This document shows positions 7,819 to 17,033 of a stretch of 33,886 bases of DNA, in pieces. The DNA is taken from IMG/VR virus record IMGVR_UViG_3300030372_003450, positions 1-33,886 of that record; one strand, given 5' to 3'. This DNA comes from a virus. Its lineage: Duplodnaviria; Caudoviricetes. Below the pieces are notes generated by a model. That model did not search any database, was not told the origin of the DNA, and worked only from the letters and a program-made list of their open reading frames with translations. Position 1 is the first letter of the stretch, and each line of letters opens with the position of its first letter. Made by a program: the position numbers and the translations under genes.

Positions 7819-8621
7819 AAATAACCGGTAAAACATTCGCAACCAAAAAAGAAGAAATTGATTATCTTGTTAAACACAACAAAGAGATAATTGAATTTAA
7901 AAAAGCGGTTGTTAAACATACTACTCCAACAACAACGGATAAGGAAAGTTGTTCAACTGTTAAGGCGTTAAGCACTTCAAAAGAACACGATACTGACAAC
8001 GTAATTAAAAGAACGGTTATTGGTAACACTTACAATTGGTTAGATTCACACGGTGATGTTCATCTTGATGGTACATTTGGAAAATCTATTTCAGAAAGGC
8101 AAAATAAAATTTGGCATTTACACGACCACGAACAAAAAATCACTGCAAAGGTTGGTGTTCCTTCAAAGATTTATGAAGAAACTGTTTCTTGGTCAGATTT
8201 AGGAATTAAGAAAGCCGGAACAACAACCGCTTTAATGATGGATTCCGATATTCGAAAAGATTATAACAATTTAATTTTCCAGGAATACAAAGATGGAAAT
8301 ATTGACCAACACTCGGTTGGGATGTATTACGTAAAGATTGATTTTGCGGTTAATGATAAAGATCACAAAGCGGAATTTAAAACTTGGAATGATAACATTG
8401 ATAAAATTGGAAATCGCGAAAAGGCTGAAGAATTAGGCTATTTTTATGCGGTTAAAGAAGCTAAATTAGTTGAAATTAGTGCGGTGTTACAAGGTAGTAA
8501 CGAACTAACGCCAACAATTGAAGCGAAAGATATTGAGCCGGAGCAATCCACTCAAACAAACGAGCCGGAGCAATCCACTCAAAAAATAAATAATAATTTA
8601 AGAAACAATCTATTAATTTAA
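7815..8621 (+). CDS. Prohead (capsid maturation) protease, HK97-type
   Basis: DSHGDV...GTFGKSI, HLHDH, QHSVG, KLVEISAV..GSN; lies between portal and capsid. Confidence 0.85.
   Translation: MKITGKTFATKKEEIDYLVKHNKEIIEFKKAVVKHTTPTTTDKESCSTVKALSTSKEHDTDNVIKRTVIGNTYNWLDSHGDVHLDGTFGKSISERQNKIWHLHDHEQKITAKVGVPSKIYEETVSWSDLGIKKAGTTTALMMDSDIRKDYNNLIFQEYKDGNIDQHSVGMYYVKIDFAVNDKDHKAEFKTWNDNIDKIGNREKAEELGYFYAVKEAKLVEISAVLQGSNELTPTIEAKDIEPEQSTQTNEPEQSTQKINNNLRNNLLI
8535..8583 (+). repeat. 22-bp direct repeat x2 (period 27), each copy a GNRA-capped hairpin
   Basis: GAGCCGGAGCAATCCACTCAAA at 8535-8556 and 8562-8583. Confidence 0.85.
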
Positions 8622-8632
8622 AATAAACAAAA

Positions 8633-9910
8633 ATGTTTACAAAAAAAACGGCTGAAGAAATCAGCAAAATGGATGAGGTCGAAATAAACGACTATCACAC
8701 GGCTTTAGAAAAGCACAGAGAAGAAAAAGAAGCGGAATTGAACAAATCAATTTCTGAAAAAGCTTCAAACGAAGAATTAACTGCATTAAAAGCGGAAGTT
8801 GCAAAACTTAAAGATTCAGAATTTGAAACAATGAAATCAACTTTAAAAGCGCAAGGAAAAGAAATGGCGAAATTAGTTGAGCAAGTTGAAACTCAAACTG
8901 AAAAAGAAGGTGTTTCATTTACAATGGCAGTTCTTAAAGGACTTAAAGAAAATGAAGAAAACTTAAAAGAAGTTTTAAAGCACGGAAGCGGAACTGTAAA
9001 ACTAGAAATCAAAGCAAGTCAATCGGCGGCGGATATCACTTCCGGTTCTGATTATGCAACTATCGAAAGCGGCATTGGTCAAATTGCAACTCGTCAAGCA
9101 TTAATGAAATCTTTGTTCCCGGTTCAAGCAATTTCGACTGAATATTTGAAATACAATGACCAAGAAACAATTGTTCGTGATGCTGAAAATGTTGCTGGAT
9201 GTGCGGCTTCAACTCCGGATTCAAAAATTACTTGGCAAGTTAGAACGTTGCAAATGAGTAAGGTCCGCGACTACGTGGATCTGTGCGTTGATATGATTGA
9301 AGATTATGATTACGTGGAAGGTGAAATTAGAAATCTTGTTTCTACTGATGTTGCTTTGAAAGTTGACCAACAACTTTTATTAGGTACGGGAGTTTATCCG
9401 GAACTTAATTCAGTTGATGCGGTTGCTTCTACTTTTGGCGCTGGATCTTATGCGGCGGCTATCCAAGATGCAACACTTATCGACTTAATCAAAGTTGGTG
9501 CGGCACAAATATCTGACTTCGGACAAAACAACAAATTTATGGCTAACACGGTTTTATTGAACCCGGTTGATGCGGTAAAAATGCAACTTTTGAAAGATGC
9601 TGATGGTAACTATATCGTACCAAATTGGATTACTTCTGATGGTGTTAACATAGGAGCAATGAGAGTTATTGCTAACCAATTGGTACCGGCAGATGAAATG
9701 TATATTTTTGATTCGACAAAAGGAACAATTTTCCAACGTAGAGGTGCAACGGTTGAAATGGCTTTTGAAAACAGAGAAAACTTTGAAAAAGAGTTAGTAA
9801 CTGTAAAAGCTTACGAACGTTTAAACTTCAGAGTTCGAAACGTAGATGCTAACGCATTCTTACACGTTCCTTCAATTGCAACAGCAGTTGCGGCTATATT
9901 AAAGCCATAA
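8633..9910 (+). CDS. Major capsid protein, HK97 fold, with N-terminal coiled-coil delta domain
   Basis: K/E-rich N-terminal ~120 aa; LLLGTG, LLNPVD...LKDADGNY, FEKELVTVKAYERL...DANAF. Confidence 0.93.
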   Translation: MFTKKTAEEISKMDEVEINDYHTALEKHREEKEAELNKSISEKASNEELTALKAEVAKLKDSEFETMKSTLKAQGKEMAKLVEQVETQTEKEGVSFTMAVLKGLKENEENLKEVLKHGSGTVKLEIKASQSAADITSGSDYATIESGIGQIATRQALMKSLFPVQAISTEYLKYNDQETIVRDAENVAGCAASTPDSKITWQVRTLQMSKVRDYVDLCVDMIEDYDYVEGEIRNLVSTDVALKVDQQLLLGTGVYPELNSVDAVASTFGAGSYAAAIQDATLIDLIKVGAAQISDFGQNNKFMANTVLLNPVDAVKMQLLKDADGNYIVPNWITSDGVNIGAMRVIANQLVPADEMYIFDSTKGTIFQRRGATVEMAFENRENFEKELVTVKAYERLNFRVRNVDANAFLHVPSIATAVAAILKP

Positions 9911-9931
9911 TAAGGTTTAATATTTATAATC

Positions 9932-9959
9932 GCGCACTTTCTTCGGGGGGTGCGCTTTT
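9932..9959 (+). terminator. Intrinsic terminator after the capsid gene
   Basis: GCGCACTTTC-TTCG-GGGGGTGCGC (cUUCGg loop, three G-U pairs) followed by TTTT. Confidence 0.8.
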
Positions 9960-9979
9960 ATAGGTAAAAAAAAGATGTT

Positions 9980-10135
9980 ATGAAATTAATATTAACAGAA
10001 AACCACCGAACACTTGGCCCAAAGGGAACAGAAATTGAACTTCCGGAAGAAAGCGCAAAAATTTGGATTGAAAGCGGAAAAGCAAAAGTTCCAGGAAAGG
10101 AAAAGAAAGAAGGTAAAAAGAAAGATAAAAAATAA
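9980..10135 (+). CDS. Small 51-aa protein after the capsid gene, ribosomal L9 N-terminal-like (not in ORF track)
   Basis: MKLILTENHRTLGPKGTEIELPEESAKIWIESGKAKVPGKEKKEGKKKDKK. Confidence 0.7.
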   Translation: MKLILTENHRTLGPKGTEIELPEESAKIWIESGKAKVPGKEKKEGKKKDKK

Positions 10136-10148
10136 ATACAATTAAATA

Positions 10149-10667
10149 ATGGCAATTTTACAACCTTCTGATTTTACAGATAACCCTATTTATAATATTG
10201 CGCTGACCATTCAAGCGGATGCGGAACTTGAAACTTTAATTGATGATGTTGAAAAAAACACTTTGCAAGAATTGTTGGGTTGTGATTTGTATAATTTATT
10301 TATTGCTGATTTAACCGCTTCAACTCCCCAAGTTCCACAAACACAAATTTATTTAGATATTTTTAACGCTTTTTGTTTTGATCACGTTTTATGTGGTCCG
10401 CAAAAAAGTCAAGGAATGAAAGATTTATTAATGGCTTTTGTATATTTTGAATGGCATCGATACAATTTAAACAAATCAGTTTCAACCGGAATTGTGCGTG
10501 GTGATTCTGAAAATTCAAATATGGTTTTGGCTGAAAGCTTTGGAACTTACGATAAATACAATAGGGCCGTTTCAAGTTATAGGTCAATTCAGCAATATAT
10601 TTCAGATAATTCAACCGATTATCCTTCTTTTGAAGGTAGAAGAAAACTTTATAATTCTGCAATATAA
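10149..10667 (+). CDS. Putative head-tail connector/adaptor
   Basis: Position after capsid; helical protein with LQELLGCDLY and GMKDLLMAFVY. Confidence 0.6.
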   Translation: MAILQPSDFTDNPIYNIALTIQADAELETLIDDVEKNTLQELLGCDLYNLFIADLTASTPQVPQTQIYLDIFNAFCFDHVLCGPQKSQGMKDLLMAFVYFEWHRYNLNKSVSTGIVRGDSENSNMVLAESFGTYDKYNRAVSSYRSIQQYISDNSTDYPSFEGRRKLYNSAI

Positions 10668-10678
10668 ATCAATAAAAT

Positions 10679-10999
10679 ATGAACGGGATGGAAACAACAT
10701 TTATTTTAAAAGATGTTATTTATATTGTTGTCGGTGTTGCTTCTGCTTTGGGTTTTTATTGGAAAATGGTAATGTCAGACAAAAGCCAGGAGGATAAAAT
10801 TCGACAGATGAAAAAAGATATTGATAAAAATGAATCTGTAATGTTTAAAAAGTTTTCGGGCGTTCATTCTCGAATGGAAAAGAATGAAGAAAAAAATAAG
10901 ACTGAATTAGATACGATTAACAAAGAACTTGCAGAAGTCAAAATTGGTATTTCGTCAATCAATGGAAAACTTGATATTCTTATAAATAAAAACTCTTAA
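10679..10999 (+). CDS. Membrane-anchored coiled-coil protein
   Basis: One N-terminal TM (VIYIVVGVASALGFYW) followed by a long heptad-patterned region. Confidence 0.7.
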   Translation: MNGMETTFILKDVIYIVVGVASALGFYWKMVMSDKSQEDKIRQMKKDIDKNESVMFKKFSGVHSRMEKNEEKNKTELDTINKELAEVKIGISSINGKLDILINKNS

Positions 11000-11006
11000 A
11001 CAAAAT

Positions 11007-11732
11007 ATGTTTAATACGATTGATTATATTAAAAGCATTATTGAAGGTTTGACTTTTACGCAAAAGATTTCAAATATTATTGCCGGACCAAGTGAAACAA
11101 CTTTCGAAACGTGCAAAACATATTGGATTTTCCCAAAGTCAATGATAACTATTAACGGCGTTGAATATCGCGTTATTGATTTTGAAATTAACGAAAGTGT
11201 AACTATTAAAGGAACGTTAACCGGAACAGAAACACATTTCACAATTAAAGCACCTAACTTTTTTAGAGGTACGCCAATGCAGACATCAAACGCTTTGCAT
11301 ATGATTAAAGATTGGAAAAAGAAACTTCCAATGGCTTATCTTATTCAACCAATGCGAGAAACAAGGAGTTTAAATCCAATTGAAAAAATTGGCGTAACGG
11401 CTGAAGGTGTTCGAATACTTTTTATGTTACCTGGAAAACTTGCGGAATCAATTGACCAACAATATCTGACCGCGATACAACCAACGGACAATTTGATTTT
11501 TGAATACGAGAAAGCATTAATGACTGATCCAAATATTGGTGAACTTGGTGATGCAACAAAATCAGATAGACCGAATTATGGTGTTTGGGTTTCAAGAAGT
11601 AGTAAAACAAAGCCAAGTAATCAAGACAACGTTAAAAAGTTGATTGATGAAGATATTTCCGGCATTGAATATATCATTGATATTCCTTTCAAAAGGCAAA
11701 TTTGTGATATTGATGCAACTTGCAAAAATTGA
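11007..11732 (+). CDS. Putative neck/tail-completion structural protein
   Basis: Position between connector and tail tube; no diagnostic motif recognised. Confidence 0.5.
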   Translation: MFNTIDYIKSIIEGLTFTQKISNIIAGPSETTFETCKTYWIFPKSMITINGVEYRVIDFEINESVTIKGTLTGTETHFTIKAPNFFRGTPMQTSNALHMIKDWKKKLPMAYLIQPMRETRSLNPIEKIGVTAEGVRILFMLPGKLAESIDQQYLTAIQPTDNLIFEYEKALMTDPNIGELGDATKSDRPNYGVWVSRSSKTKPSNQDNVKKLIDEDISGIEYIIDIPFKRQICDIDATCKN

Positions 11733-11748
11733 TATATTTGAAAATACT

Positions 11749-11756
11749 TATATTTG
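11749..11756 (+). promoter_or_regulatory. -7 promoter box (TATATTTG) for the tail tube gene
   Basis: Intergenic; a second copy lies at 11733-11740. Confidence 0.55.
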
Positions 11757-11794
11757 TAAAACAAAACATTAATTAATAATAAAAAATAAAAAAA

Positions 11795-12709
11795 ATGTCA
11801 GACAAAAATTGTAATTGCGATGTAATATCGCTAGGAAACACCGGGAAACCGGATTGTTCACTTATTGCAGATGTTGCCGCTTTTCCATTGTTGGATATGG
11901 CAAAAGATTCAAGCGGTGCGCCAAAAGAAAGATTGAAATCAGATTTAACAACTTTCGCAACTTTAGAACCGTTATTGAATGCGGCTTCACCTTTAAACAG
12001 AATTTACCCAATCGGTAAATTTGAAAATGTTGAACACAACCGCGAAGATGATGTGTTTTGGTCAGCAAATAGTGGAAAACAAGCTTTCGTTAGAGAAGGA
12101 TTTAAAACTTTTCAAGGTTTTATTATAAACGCACCAAGAGAATTAACTGCAAAGTTAAACGAAAACGCGTGTCAGTCTTTCGGATTTCACTTCATTGATG
12201 ATTCTAATCAATTGGTTACTAAAAAGGGAAGTGATGCAACAAAATGTAAGCCGATTTTAATTGATAGCGATACTTTTAGAACTAAGTACGTTGAAGCAAC
12301 TAATGATGCTCCGGCTATGTTGATGCTATCTTTCCAATGGAAAAGCACAGAAAAAGATGCTGATATTACTGTTGTTGGTGGTTTAGATTATACCGGTTCG
12401 GATTTATACGGTTTGTTAGATGCTGATGCGGTTTATTCTTCAATTTCTGCTTCCGGATTTACTGCAACAATCACTACAAGTGCTTACGGAACTGCGGTTG
12501 AAGGTTTAACACTTTCGGACTTTACACTTACTGAAATTTCACCAACTCCTGGAGCGGTTGTTATTTCTTCAGTTACCGAATCAAGTGCGGGTGTTTATGA
12601 TATAGTTGCAAGTACTACAAGTGCAGATGTTGTGAGATTATCTGCTTCTAAAGATAGATTTGATTTTGCTGAAATGTCAGATGGAACAAATGACATAACA
12701 ATTCCTTAA
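11795..12709 (+). CDS. Probable major tail tube protein with C-terminal Ig-like extension
   Basis: Own promoter box, very A-rich leader, LGNTGKPDC N-terminus, S/T-rich beta C-terminus; upstream of the tape measure. Confidence 0.7.
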   Translation: MSDKNCNCDVISLGNTGKPDCSLIADVAAFPLLDMAKDSSGAPKERLKSDLTTFATLEPLLNAASPLNRIYPIGKFENVEHNREDDVFWSANSGKQAFVREGFKTFQGFIINAPRELTAKLNENACQSFGFHFIDDSNQLVTKKGSDATKCKPILIDSDTFRTKYVEATNDAPAMLMLSFQWKSTEKDADITVVGGLDYTGSDLYGLLDADAVYSSISASGFTATITTSAYGTAVEGLTLSDFTLTEISPTPGAVVISSVTESSAGVYDIVASTTSADVVRLSASKDRFDFAEMSDGTNDITIP

Positions 12710-12897
12710 TGAATATCAAAGTGATACACGGCGTCCAATTTAATGTGGACGCCGTTAAATCAATGTCGCTTTCGAGGTTCAAGGAACTTTATAAAGCGAG
12801 GTTTGGAGAAAATACAGAAAATGTTTACTTCGAAATAAGCGGAAAAGTTAAAAAGGAAAAACCAAAGAAAAAGAAAAAAGAAGAAGCACCAAAATAA
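12709..12897 (+). CDS. Small basic tail-region protein
   Basis: TAATG overlap with the tail tube stop; Lys-rich C-terminus. Confidence 0.65.
   Translation: MNIKVIHGVQFNVDAVKSMSLSRFKELYKARFGENTENVYFEISGKVKKEKPKKKKKEEAPK
12728..12755. repeat. Perfect 10-bp GC-rich inverted repeat
   Basis: ACGGCGTCCA-atttaatg-TGGACGCCGT. Confidence 0.8.
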
Positions 12898-12909
12898 GGT
12901 GCTTTTTTT
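12884..12909 (+). terminator. Intrinsic terminator
   Basis: AAGCACC-aaaataa-GGTGCTT running into a T7 tract. Confidence 0.75.
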
Positions 12910-12914
12910 GTAAG

Positions 12915-13406
12915 ATGGAAGCACTAAAAAAATTATCAAGAAACTTTATTAACTTAAATGTTGATAATCTGATGTTCAAAACAATGTCAGACAATCCGCT
13001 TTTAAAGAAATTAGTTCGAAGATTAAATACGGTTAAACAGTTAAGGACCGAACACGTTGATTCAGATAATAAACCGTTGTATTCGAAAAGGCATCAAAGC
13101 GGTGTTTATAGTGCAACAACGGAATATTTATCCGGTGGTCGAAAGAAAGCCGGAACACCTTACACGTTGTTTGATACCGGTGAATTTTTTAATAGCTTTG
13201 AAGTAATGTATGAAGGTGATGGAATATTGATTGATGCCGATCCAATAAAGAAAAATTCAAGCGGTGCAATTGATACAAATCTTTTTGAAGAATACGGTGA
13301 AAAAATACTTGGATTAAATGATGTAAATTTGCGTATCTTTATAGACGCTTTAATGCCAAAAATAAGGGAAACAATAATTAAACAAGCTTTTGCCGGTGTT
13401 TTTTAA
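12915..13406 (+). CDS. Virion morphogenesis / tail-completion-like protein
   Basis: YSATT....RKKAGTPYTLFDTGEFFNSF resembles the L.DTG.L..S motif of virion-morphogenesis proteins. Confidence 0.6.
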   Translation: MEALKKLSRNFINLNVDNLMFKTMSDNPLLKKLVRRLNTVKQLRTEHVDSDNKPLYSKRHQSGVYSATTEYLSGGRKKAGTPYTLFDTGEFFNSFEVMYEGDGILIDADPIKKNSSGAIDTNLFEEYGEKILGLNDVNLRIFIDALMPKIRETIIKQAFAGVF

Positions 13407-13890
13407 AAAGTTAGAATTATACACAACAATAGAAGATTTACCGATTGGAAATTTTCAAAGAATAATGAAAGAAGGCGATTTAAAACATATGATTCAAAAA
13501 GGAAAGTTTAAAAAAAAACACCTTCCAAAACTTGAAAAAGCCTGGATTGATTGCTACAATCAGTATTTGCAAACTTTTGGATTGAACAAAATGTATTTAT
13601 TAGTTTTGGAGCAAGAAGAAAAGATTGCTAAATTAATTTGTGACCGTTGGATAAAAGACTTGAAACATTTAAACGGAATTATTAAACACGAAGAACAAGT
13701 ATTGAAAGAAATGATACTTCCAACAAAGGGAGTTAAAAAATCATTTGAAGAAGATTTGGCGATTATTCAGAAGCATAACGGTTTTGTGATTGATCCAAAA
13801 AAAACAAGCGTAAAAATGTTTTTTACCTATGTTAAGATGTTAGAAAAAGAAGCAAACGAACAAAAAATTAGAAATGCCGCAAAAAATTGA
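13390..13890 (+). CDS. Putative tail assembly chaperone (start uncertain)
   Basis: Helical protein directly before the tape measure. Only TTG/GTG starts are available before the internal ATG. Confidence 0.55.
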   Translation: MPVFFKKLELYTTIEDLPIGNFQRIMKEGDLKHMIQKGKFKKKHLPKLEKAWIDCYNQYLQTFGLNKMYLLVLEQEEKIAKLICDRWIKDLKHLNGIIKHEEQVLKEMILPTKGVKKSFEEDLAIIQKHNGFVIDPKKTSVKMFFTYVKMLEKEANEQKIRNAAKN

Positions 13891-16800
13891 AAATAAAGAT
13901 ATATTTAGCCAAGACTTTTTACAACCACAAATAAAAAGTTTTAAAGAAATTATTGAACTAATTAAGTTGATGGAATCAGAAATGAAAGATGTTTTGAAGG
14001 TTCAACAACAATTGGTTAAAACTTCGGATAAAAAAAGCGTTGAAGGATTGAAGAAAAGACAACGCGCGGTCCAATCTGTTAATCAAGTTTCAAAAGAAAT
14101 GTTGAAATTAGAGAAACAAAGAAAAGTTGCTTCTTCACAATTACAACTTGCGGAAACAAAAGAGGCGAAGGCCGTTCAAGCAACAAGAATTGAATTAGCG
14201 AGAAAGAAAAAAGCGGTTAAACAAGAAATTTTAGCTGAAAAAGGTTTGGTTTCTGAATATCAAAAACAATCTGCAAGATTAAACGATTTAAGAAAAAAGT
14301 ACAAAGATTTAATTTTAGTACAAGGAAAAGAAACACGCGCAACCAGGAAATTAAGAAAGGAAATCGGAACACTTGACAGAAGATTAAAAAGAGTTGATGC
14401 AAGTGTTGGTCAATTTCAAAGAAGCGTTGGAAATTACGGAAAAGCATTTGGAAAAGTTTCCGGTGTTTTAAGTAGATTTGGTTTAGCGGTTGGCGGTTTG
14501 GCTATTGTTAGAAATATTGGAAATATTTTTATGGGGTTTGAACAACAATCCGCAAATTTAGCTTCAGTACTTGGTAAAACCTCTGAACAAATAACCGCAT
14601 TAACAAAAGATGCAAAAAGACTTGGTTCTATAACCTCATTTACTGCGCAAGATGTTCTCAAACTTCAAACTGAATTTGCGAAACTTGGACTCAATGAAAC
14701 GCAAATTTTAAACGCTACTGAAGCAACTTTATCACTTGCGGCGGCTACCGGAACAGAATTGAGTGAAGCGGCAGCGGTTGCCGGTGCTACACTTGGCGGT
14801 TTTGGTTTGGGTGCTTCAGAAACTCAAAGAGTTGTTGATGTTATGGCGAAATCATTTTCAACTTCTGCACTTGATATGGAGAAATTTAAGGAATCAATGA
14901 AAACCGCAGCACCGGCGGCAAGGGCCGTTGGAATTTCAGTTGAAGAAACAACCGCATTATTAGGAACTTTGGCAAGTGCCGGAATATCCGGAAGTAAAGC
15001 CGGAAACAATTTAAAAACTTCTTTAATTAACTTAAATAAAGCCGGGTTAACTTTAGAAGAAGGATTGGAAAAAGTTGCAAATAGTGAAAATAAACTTGGT
15101 GCGGCTACTGAATTAGTTGGTAAAAATGCGGCGGCAAGTTTCTTGGTATTAGCTGAAGGTAGAAAGACAACGGATGAATTAACTGAAGGGTTAAACAATG
15201 CCGGTGGTGCTGCTGAAAGAATGGCAAAAACGCAACTTGATACACTTTCCGGGCAAACAAAATTATTATCTTCAGCGTGGGAAGGTTTTATATTGTCTTT
15301 AGAAGATGGCGGCGGTGTTCTTGGCGGTGTAATGGGTAATGCAATTAGGTTTGTTACTGAATTACTTGGTTTAATGACAGACACAAAAGATTCGGTTGCT
15401 GATGTTGTTGCCGAACAAATGAAGTTTAATATTGAGTTTAACGAATCAATACAAGCGGTAAATGATGCCAATATTCCTTTAGATGCGCGTAAAGTTATTA
15501 TTGATGATATAAATGAAAAATACGGTGAATATTTACCTTCTTTAATTACTGAAAAAACAACACTTGAAGAAATAACAGAAATACAAAAACAGTTTAATAT
15601 TCAAGCAAAAGAAAGATTATTATTAGCGTCTAAACAAGCACTTTTGAATAAAGCCGCAAAAGACCAGGAAAGAATATTAAATCAAATTGTTGCATTAAGG
15701 ACCGGAGTTTTTGAAGGTTTAACACTTGGCGAAGAACAAGTTATAAAGTCAATTAGGGCTTATGGTGCTGAAGAAGAACAAATTGAAAAATTAACAAAAG
15801 TTTACGCCGGTTATACTGACATCATAGCTAAATATACAGATACAACCGAAGAAGCGGTAATTGAAACCGAAGAACTAACAGAAGCGAATGAAGAAAGTGC
15901 GGATTCAACAAATAAAACTACAAAAGCGGTTGCAAAACAACTAACCGGTTTAGCAAAATTAAAAAAAGAACTTTCAGATGTAAGAAAATTAAGGTCTGAT
16001 GAATTGATTGCAAATGGCGAAACTTTTTTATTCCAAAGATACACCGACCAAACAAAAGAATTAACAACACAAATCGAACTTTTGGAAGCGCGATTAAAAC
16101 TAAGCGAAGAAGGATTTGAAAAAGCTAAAAAAAGAGATATTCAAGAAGGCCAAACAAGAGAAAAGGCAACGGAAGAAGCAATGAAAGATTTGAAAAATTT
16201 GTCTAATGTTCAAGTTGAAAGTGCTGAAGAAGTTGCGGAAAATGATAAAAAATATTACCAAGAAAGACTAACTGCTTTAAAACAATTTTCACAAAAAGCA
16301 ATTCAAATTGCAAACGCGAAAACAGACAAAGAAATTGAAAACACAAACAAAGAAATTGAAGCGAGTAAAACACGGCAATCCGAACTTCAACAACTTGCGG
16401 CGCAAGGTAATTTAACGGCTGAACAATCGGTTAGTGCTGAAATTAAACGTGAATTAGAGTTGGAAAGACAAAAAGAAGCGTTGGAAAAGAAGAAAGCGAG
16501 AAGGCAAATAATCATTGAAGGATTGGACTTGTTAAGTTCAAAAATTGATGGTGGTGAAAAAGATGCCGTTACTTCAACTCTAAATGATATGACGAGATTA
16601 TTAGGTGCATTGGCGGCCCTTCCTGGCTTCATTGATGGAACAGAAACAACCGTTGGCGAAGCACTTGGAAAACCACAATTAAACACCGGTCAAGATGATT
16701 ATATTATTCGTGTTGATGGGAAGGAAAAAATATTAAATCCGGCAATGTCAGCAAGAACCGGAAATATGACAACCGAAGAAATCACACGCGCGGCTGAAAT

Positions 16801-17032
16801 GTATTCAAGCGGAATGTTTGACCAAAACGTTTTAATTCATCCACAAGTTGCGGCATTAAATCAACCTTTCCAAAATAGCAACGAGATATTAAAGAAATTT
16901 GATAGTTTAGAAAGCACAATCAGAAACAAACCGATTCTTTCGGATTTAAAATTTGATGATTTACAAAAAGCTTTGGTTGTAACGGTTGAACAAAACGGTG
17001 ATTTGAAACGCGCACACTATAAACTAAAATAG
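13874..17032 (+). CDS. Tail tape measure protein (TP901-family domain)
   Basis: 1052 aa, helical; AKRLGSITSFTAQDV...TLSLAAATG..L.EAA...LSSAWEG core. Confidence 0.92.
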   Translation: MPQKIENKDIFSQDFLQPQIKSFKEIIELIKLMESEMKDVLKVQQQLVKTSDKKSVEGLKKRQRAVQSVNQVSKEMLKLEKQRKVASSQLQLAETKEAKAVQATRIELARKKKAVKQEILAEKGLVSEYQKQSARLNDLRKKYKDLILVQGKETRATRKLRKEIGTLDRRLKRVDASVGQFQRSVGNYGKAFGKVSGVLSRFGLAVGGLAIVRNIGNIFMGFEQQSANLASVLGKTSEQITALTKDAKRLGSITSFTAQDVLKLQTEFAKLGLNETQILNATEATLSLAAATGTELSEAAAVAGATLGGFGLGASETQRVVDVMAKSFSTSALDMEKFKESMKTAAPAARAVGISVEETTALLGTLASAGISGSKAGNNLKTSLINLNKAGLTLEEGLEKVANSENKLGAATELVGKNAAASFLVLAEGRKTTDELTEGLNNAGGAAERMAKTQLDTLSGQTKLLSSAWEGFILSLEDGGGVLGGVMGNAIRFVTELLGLMTDTKDSVADVVAEQMKFNIEFNESIQAVNDANIPLDARKVIIDDINEKYGEYLPSLITEKTTLEEITEIQKQFNIQAKERLLLASKQALLNKAAKDQERILNQIVALRTGVFEGLTLGEEQVIKSIRAYGAEEEQIEKLTKVYAGYTDIIAKYTDTTEEAVIETEELTEANEESADSTNKTTKAVAKQLTGLAKLKKELSDVRKLRSDELIANGETFLFQRYTDQTKELTTQIELLEARLKLSEEGFEKAKKRDIQEGQTREKATEEAMKDLKNLSNVQVESAEEVAENDKKYYQERLTALKQFSQKAIQIANAKTDKEIENTNKEIEASKTRQSELQQLAAQGNLTAEQSVSAEIKRELELERQKEALEKKKARRQIIIEGLDLLSSKIDGGEKDAVTSTLNDMTRLLGALAALPGFIDGTETTVGEALGKPQLNTGQDDYIIRVDGKEKILNPAMSARTGNMTTEEITRAAEMYSSGMFDQNVLIHPQVAALNQPFQNSNEILKKFDSLESTIRNKPILSDLKFDDLQKALVVTVEQNGDLKRAHYKLK

Positions 17033-17033
17033 A

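Noticed and set aside
8535-8583. Repeat as a mini-CRISPR array
   Set aside because: Only two copies with a 5-nt gap, in frame within a CDS, and no cas genes.
14824-15471. 215-aa minus-strand ORF and the other minus-strand or nested ORFs in the track
   Set aside because: They are antisense or out-of-frame shadows of well-supported + strand genes, with no motifs or leaders.
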